DNA of 64,000 nucleotides, taken from the NCBI GenBank assembly GCA_030265395.1, contig JARFYF010000051.1:25379515-25443514 (forward strand). Reading direction: 5' to 3'. The notes beneath the pieces were generated by a model. It had not been told where the DNA came from, searched no databases, and worked only from the letters and a program-made list of their open reading frames with translations. Within the stretch, counting starts at the first letter, position 1, and each line of letters opens with the position of its first letter. The DNA is from Rhina ancylostomus (lineage: Eukaryota). Shown here piece by piece: positions 63,545-64,000 of this stretch. Both the position numbers and the translations under genes were made by a program.

Positions 63545-64000
63545 AACAAGAGTGCATTAGTGCCGAGATGGCCCTTGGTTCATTCGTGAAGCTTAACATC
63601 TTTAATAAGAGCAGCCTTTGAGCCTAGAAGGAACTAATCTAACAACAATTAGGTGTGCTAATGACTAGAATAAATGAACCATAGTCAAAGCTAACAGGGT
63701 GTCGGCATGTCTTAATAGAACCAGACCACTATTGCACTGCTACTTTAGTAATCTCCTCCAGCTCTGCAAGATATCGCGCCTCTTGATCAGCAAATTAAAT
63801 CATTCCACCATCGACTAAAATTGCATATATTCATAACTGCAGCCTGAAATCTGCCAGTGGTGCACAAACCAAGTGTGAGTATCATGTTGGCTGAGCTACA
63901 GTGGATCTGGACTTCAGGCATGGCTTCAGAGTCCATGTAGATACATGCAAGGCCACCTCACTGAAACAAAGATTCATGAGGCACAAATCTTTATGCCTTG

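Noticed and set aside
63545-63655. ECISAE..KEL as the second half of the last spectrin repeat
   Set aside because: It lies downstream of the better-matching KASH-like exon, so the order conflicts. Left unresolved.
1-64000. CRISPR arrays, operons or other prokaryotic systems
   Set aside because: The sequence is vertebrate, and its tandem repeats are two-copy duplications without spacers.

Overview
Vertebrate nuclear DNA, most likely from an elasmobranch (probably a ray or other batoid), judged from its repeats: CR1 LINEs, V-SINE/HE1-like SINEs, a Deu-domain SINE, Rex1-like and Tx1-like LINEs, Penelope-derived and Harbinger relics. It is AT-rich and CpG-depleted, with several N gaps. I see no intact protein-coding gene, and most ORF-track entries are noise or transposon debris. 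The main signal is that the non-repeat DNA on the + strand, read across stops and frameshifts, gives about 35 collinear exon relics of a giant nesprin (SYNE1/SYNE2-type) gene. They run from the early rod just after the CH domains (pos. 61), through many spectrin repeats and a multi-kb giant-exon region, to the conserved C-terminal repeats, the adaptive-domain motif (SVPLEW), and a KASH-like last exon (63351-63544). Nearly every relic is disrupted and several are split by transposons, so this looks like an old, compact, intron-containing unitary pseudogene of a giant nesprin. All protein comparisons are by eye against human nesprin sequences recalled from memory and need a real alignment. Exon coordinates are approximate unless splice sites are quoted.
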